Below, in pieces: positions 28,206 to 32,070 of a stretch of 32,070 bases of DNA. The notes beneath the pieces are model-generated. The model was not told the origin of the DNA. It ran no database searches and saw nothing but the letters and a program-made list of their open reading frames with translations. Source of the DNA: an uncultured bacterium (GTDB taxonomy: Bacteria > Gemmatimonadota > Gemmatimonadetes > Gemmatimonadales > Gemmatimonadaceae); the NCBI GenBank assembly GCA_963978095.1, contig CAXBQP010000035.1:1-32070 (forward strand), written 5' to 3'. How positions within the stretch are numbered: position 1 is the first letter of the stretch; every line of letters starts with the position of its first letter. The position numbers and the translations under genes are program-made.

Positions 28206-30725
28206 CTACAGCCGATCCGCCCGCACCACGCGAACCCCGTAGATCGGCACGATCCGTCCGCTCGTCGCCCCTGCCTGGAAGCGCACCGTCACCTTCTGCT
28301 TCCCGCGCACCAACTCCGCCGGCACATCGTAGCGCCCCTCGACGAACCCGCTCGCCCCGCGCACCGGCTCGTACTTCGCGATGCGCGTGCCCTCGACCTG
28401 GATCTCGAAGTTGCCGAGTTGCGGCGGAAGACCGACTTCGTTGAAGTAGGTCACCAGCAGTGCCGTCGGGCTCGTGGCGTCGACGGGGACATCGAAGGAG
28501 AACCACCCCGTGCCGCCGCGATTGCCGCGGCCGTTCGTGCGCGCCGTCGGACGATCCGCGGGATCGCTCTGATAATTGAAATCGCGCTCGGGCTGCATCT
28601 CTCCCGGCTGCACCATCGCGACGGTGGCAGCCTCGAGGCGACGTTTGCGCTCCGACTCCGCCGCGATCGCGGCGCCCTTCGCGTCGAAGTCCTTCGGGGT
28701 CAGCAGATCGAAGTACACGCTGTACACGCGACGGTGCGTGCGCCAGAAGGGCGTCAGTGCCACATCGAGCGGCCCTTCGGTCGGCCTTCCCGCGATACGC
28801 CCCACTTGCTTCGCGGTGAAATCGCCGGGCTGTGATCCGGCGATCACCCAATCGGTGAGCGGGCGGTCCGCCGCCACGAGCACAGGGATCGGTGACTCCG
28901 CATTGCGTGTCGCGCGTCCTTCGCGGCGCGGGCCATGATTGCCGGTGAGCACGAGCGGCCCCCACATGATCGCGGTGACGCGCGCGTTGTCGGGAGTGGG
29001 TTCGAGATGCACGGTCTTGGGGATGCTGATCTCGACCTTGTCGCCGCTCTTCCACGTGCGCGTGATGTCCACGTACGAACCGGCGAGTGGCGCGGCGTCC
29101 TCATTCCCGAGTGCGCGGCCACCGGCGGCGCCCGCACGGAGCGACGCGAGCGGCGGCACTGTGATCGCGTCGCCATTCACCTTCACCGCGAAGGCATCAC
29201 CGGCCCACGACGGGCGGCGCAGATGCAGTGTGAACTCCTTCGCAGCGGGCAGCGTCATCGTGAGCGTCGCGCGGTCGCCGTCGGGGAAGCTCGTCTCCAT
29301 CGCGAAGCGGGCGTTGCCGAGTGCGAGTTGCGCGGTGGAGGGGACGAAGAGATTGACCCAGGCCGCGTTCGCGGACTCGTAGTAGACGCCGTCGCCGTGG
29401 AGGGCGTGACTCTCCATCCCGGAGCCGACGCAGCAGGTGAAGTCGCGCTGCATGTCCTGGTATTCCTGCTGCACCCCGCGGCCCACAGGGACCATGTACG
29501 ACGTGCGACCATCCTCGGGGTCCATCGACGCGAGGATGTGATTGAAGAGCGCGCGCTCGTGGAAGTCGGCGTAGAACGCGTCGGGACGGAACCCGAAGAG
29601 CCGACGCGTGAGCTTGAGCATGTTGTAGTCGTTGCACGTCTCGCAGGCGCGGCCGTCCACGCGATCGCTCAGCTTGTCGGGATCGCCGAAATACTCCGAG
29701 AGCCCGTGTCCGCCCGTGGCGTACGAGTGATGCTGTACGACGCGATCCCAGAAGAACGACGCCGCTTCGATGTCGGCGGAGTCGCCGGTGTAGCCGTAGC
29801 GCACCGCGGAGCCCATGAGCTTCGGGATCTGACAGTTGCCGTGCTTGCCGTCGAGGTTGTCCTGATGGCGCTTGAGGGCGTCGGTGAAAGCGCGATGTTC
29901 GAATCGGATCGAGAGATCGAGCCAGCGTTGATCGCCGGTGTCGGCATAGAGATCGGCGAGCACTTCGTTCATCCCACCATGCTCGGTGAGCAGCATCTTC
30001 TGCACCTGCGCGTCACTCATCGGCGCGAGCACCGACTCGGCCCATTTCGCGTACTTGATCTCGACGTCGAGCGCGGTGGCGTTCCCCGTGTGGCGATACG
30101 CGTCGCGCAGGCCGGCGAAGGTCTTGTGCAGGGTGTACCACGGGGACCAGAGGCCGTTGAGATCGAAGCCACCGGAGCGGATGTCACCCTTGGAGACGGC
30201 CGCGAAGGCCTCGCGTCCCCCTTCGAGTGCGCCGAGGTAGCCGTCGCCGTTCTTGTCCTGCACTTCCTTGAGTTCGCGGACGAGGTAGTCGGCGCGCGTC
30301 TTGTAGCGCGTGTCGCCGGTGGCCGCGAACATGAGACTCACCCCCGAGAGGTGATGTCCCGCGATGTGTCCGGTCAGGTTCCGCTTGTCGCCGTCCCACC
30401 CGGTGTACCCCTCGGCCTTTTTCGGTAGCCCCGCGCGCACGCGGTAGTAGGCCATCATGCGGTCCGGATCGAGCGCCAGAAGGTAAGCGCCATTCATCTC
30501 CTGCGCATGCTTGAGCGGGCCGCCGGTGAGTCGCACCCTGGCGAGCGGCACCGGGCGTGCGCGGAGGAGGCGCGCTTCGAAGGCGCGGATCTGGGCGGGA
30601 GTGTCGACAGCGGCGCTATTGCGTGACTCGGTTCGCTCGGCGGCCGAGGCCGCGACAGGGGCGAGGGAGGCAGCGGCCGCGGCGGCGGCGGAGCGCTGGA
30701 GGAAGGTGCGGCGGGAGGTGGGCAT
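28206..30725 (-). CDS. Tat-exported GH127-type glycoside hydrolase (beta-L-arabinofuranosidase-like)
   Basis: MPTSRRTFL signal; GHIAGHHLS, PWYTLHK, EHGGMNE, CETCNDYNMLKL and FTCCVGSGME (Cys/Zn site). Confidence 0.92.
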   Translation of the reverse strand: MPTSRRTFLQRSAAAAAAASLAPVAASAAERTESRNSAAVDTPAQIRAFEARLLRARPVPLARVRLTGGPLKHAQEMNGAYLLALDPDRMMAYYRVRAGLPKKAEGYTGWDGDKRNLTGHIAGHHLSGVSLMFAATGDTRYKTRADYLVRELKEVQDKNGDGYLGALEGGREAFAAVSKGDIRSGGFDLNGLWSPWYTLHKTFAGLRDAYRHTGNATALDVEIKYAKWAESVLAPMSDAQVQKMLLTEHGGMNEVLADLYADTGDQRWLDLSIRFEHRAFTDALKRHQDNLDGKHGNCQIPKLMGSAVRYGYTGDSADIEAASFFWDRVVQHHSYATGGHGLSEYFGDPDKLSDRVDGRACETCNDYNMLKLTRRLFGFRPDAFYADFHERALFNHILASMDPEDGRTSYMVPVGRGVQQEYQDMQRDFTCCVGSGMESHALHGDGVYYESANAAWVNLFVPSTAQLALGNARFAMETSFPDGDRATLTMTLPAAKEFTLHLRRPSWAGDAFAVKVNGDAITVPPLASLRAGAAGGRALGNEDAAPLAGSYVDITRTWKSGDKVEISIPKTVHLEPTPDNARVTAIMWGPLVLTGNHGPRREGRATRNAESPIPVLVAADRPLTDWVIAGSQPGDFTAKQVGRIAGRPTEGPLDVALTPFWRTHRRVYSVYFDLLTPKDFDAKGAAIAAESERKRRLEAATVAMVQPGEMQPERDFNYQSDPADRPTARTNGRGNRGGTGWFSFDVPVDATSPTALLVTYFNEVGLPPQLGNFEIQVEGTRIAKYEPVRGASGFVEGRYDVPAELVRGKQKVTVRFQAGATSGRIVPIYGVRVVRADRL

Positions 30726-30764
30726 GGCGGAGAATCTGTCTTGTTGAGGCCCCAACGGCGAGCA

Positions 30765-32069
30765 TCACGGAGTCGCGTGCTGCTTCTCGAATCTGTCGTA
30801 GAGAGTTCTGAGCTTGGGAACTGAGATTCGGAACTGACTACGGCGGTGCGTCTTCGGCTTCGCGCTGGAGGCGTTTTCGACTTTTATTCCCGGATCGTAG
30901 ACTATCGCGCCCTCAGACACGGCTTTCAGGAACTTGGTGAAGTCCGTCCCCTCTCCCATCCAACACACCGCTCCGAATCGATATTTCTGTGGTGAAGCCT
31001 CGAGCAGAGAAGGCACGTACACGGCCTGCGCGTGCTTCCTGTTCCAATGGCCGAGCAGTGTTGCGAATGGCCAACCTGCTGCCACCTCGTCTCGTTCGTC
31101 CCGCAGGACGAGGCCACCGGATGCGTCCGTGATCTTCTCAAGCTCGTGATCGAAGCCCTCAAGGCGAAGCGTCAGTCGAGTACGGGCATCTCTGCGGTTG
31201 ATCTTGTGGGCCCCACCGAAGTTCAGTCGGTCGACCGTTCCGTCCAGCGCTGCGTACCCATAGCTTCGCACGAACGGAATCAGCCCTTCCTCAACGTAGA
31301 CGCCTGTCGTCGGCTCGGGAGTGAACAGGGTCACCAAGCTCTTTGCAGCGTAGGTCGTGAAGTTCCGGGCGCCATACTGCTTCAGCTCCCACCCGAGGTA
31401 GTCGGGTTCGGCCCGACCATTCGGAACGACTCCGAACTGCGCTTCCAATGTGTATCCGCCACAGTTTCTGGAATTGCAGGGCTTGGTGATTCCTCCCGGC
31501 TCCAGTTTCACCGAGTCGATCCAGCCCCTACTCGAGATCTCATGCAACTTCGCCAGCACCTCGCGCTTCGGATCCGAAGTGCCCAAAGGAATCTCATGAA
31601 GCACTCCTCGATCCGACACCGCCAAGGCCCGCTCGAGTTCTCGTGCGGCAGGCGACGTGGGGGCAATCACCAACGCGACGACCGTTCTATCGCGCCGAAT
31701 TCCGAAAAATAGGATCCGCCCTGCCACGCGGGCTCTGTCGTTCATGAGATCCGCTGGCGCCCCAGCCGAACCACGCAAGAAGCCGGAGAAGCGCACCTCG
31801 GGATACTGAGGATAGAGAATGAGCTTGGCATGCGGCGCAAGCGACAGCTCCCCATTCTCGCGCAACCACGACAGTGCCATGGGCGCATGGAGAACCTGTC
31901 TGCCGTGGCCGCTTGTCTCAACGACCGGGGCTCCGGAAGGGATCAGGTTCGTCGGAGCGAAGCTTCCGGCGAGATATACCTGATTCTTCGAATTGTCATT
32001 CTCGGCAAGGCGCTTCACCAGAAGCTTGGTCGCCCCGACCCTGATGAACGCTTCCCTGATATCGGATAG
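30765..32069 (-). CDS. MvaI/BcnI-family restriction endonuclease (5' end beyond the window)
   Basis: GYTLEAQFGVVPNGRAEPDYLGWELK (PD-(D/E)xK), VTLFTPEP, HWNRKH, YDPGIK, RRSQFRI; N-terminal NDNSKNQVYL. The frame stays open to the window end (LSDIREAFIRVGATKLLVK). Confidence 0.88.
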   Translation of the reverse strand, partial: LSDIREAFIRVGATKLLVKRLAENDNSKNQVYLAGSFAPTNLIPSGAPVVETSGHGRQVLHAPMALSWLRENGELSLAPHAKLILYPQYPEVRFSGFLRGSAGAPADLMNDRARVAGRILFFGIRRDRTVVALVIAPTSPAARELERALAVSDRGVLHEIPLGTSDPKREVLAKLHEISSRGWIDSVKLEPGGITKPCNSRNCGGYTLEAQFGVVPNGRAEPDYLGWELKQYGARNFTTYAAKSLVTLFTPEPTTGVYVEEGLIPFVRSYGYAALDGTVDRLNFGGAHKINRRDARTRLTLRLEGFDHELEKITDASGGLVLRDERDEVAAGWPFATLLGHWNRKHAQAVYVPSLLEASPQKYRFGAVCWMGEGTDFTKFLKAVSEGAIVYDPGIKVENASSAKPKTHRRSQFRISVPKLRTLYDRFEKQHATP

Positions 32070-32070
32070 T

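Noticed and set aside
28935..30428. 497-aa + strand ORF
   Set aside because: Antisense shadow of the GH127 gene.
1..32070. tRNA, rRNA, CRISPR array, transposase or integrase
   Set aside because: None recognised by eye; a tRNAscan-SE/Infernal run would be needed to exclude them formally.

Overview
High-GC bacterial chromosome segment; the overall gene content suggests Gemmatimonadota (inference, not checked). The left ~8 kb is accessory and defence-like. It holds a truncated Dam/D12-class adenine methyltransferase at the edge, an L-asparaginase, and a sigma70 promoter followed by two tandem SAM-I/IV-type riboswitch aptamers (the first with an intrinsic terminator, the second with an SD-sequestering hairpin). 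These lead not to methionine genes but to a MoxR-type AAA+ ATPase / small ORF / HExxH-metallopeptidase-vWA operon, followed by a small HTH-like ORF and an AbiE type IV toxin-antitoxin pair. The middle is housekeeping: cspA, ispG, a degenerate HD protein, a blue-copper lipoprotein, a DsbA-like protein, a complete his operon (hisG-D-C-H-A-B-F-N-IE) with a His-rich leader peptide and attenuator, an M16 peptidase pair, murB, a beta-barrel protein, a Tat Xaa-Pro peptidase, tag and a Tat GH127. The right edge is a truncated MvaI/BcnI-family restriction endonuclease. The best candidate for a new system is the double SAM riboswitch-controlled AAA+/vWA-peptidase operon.
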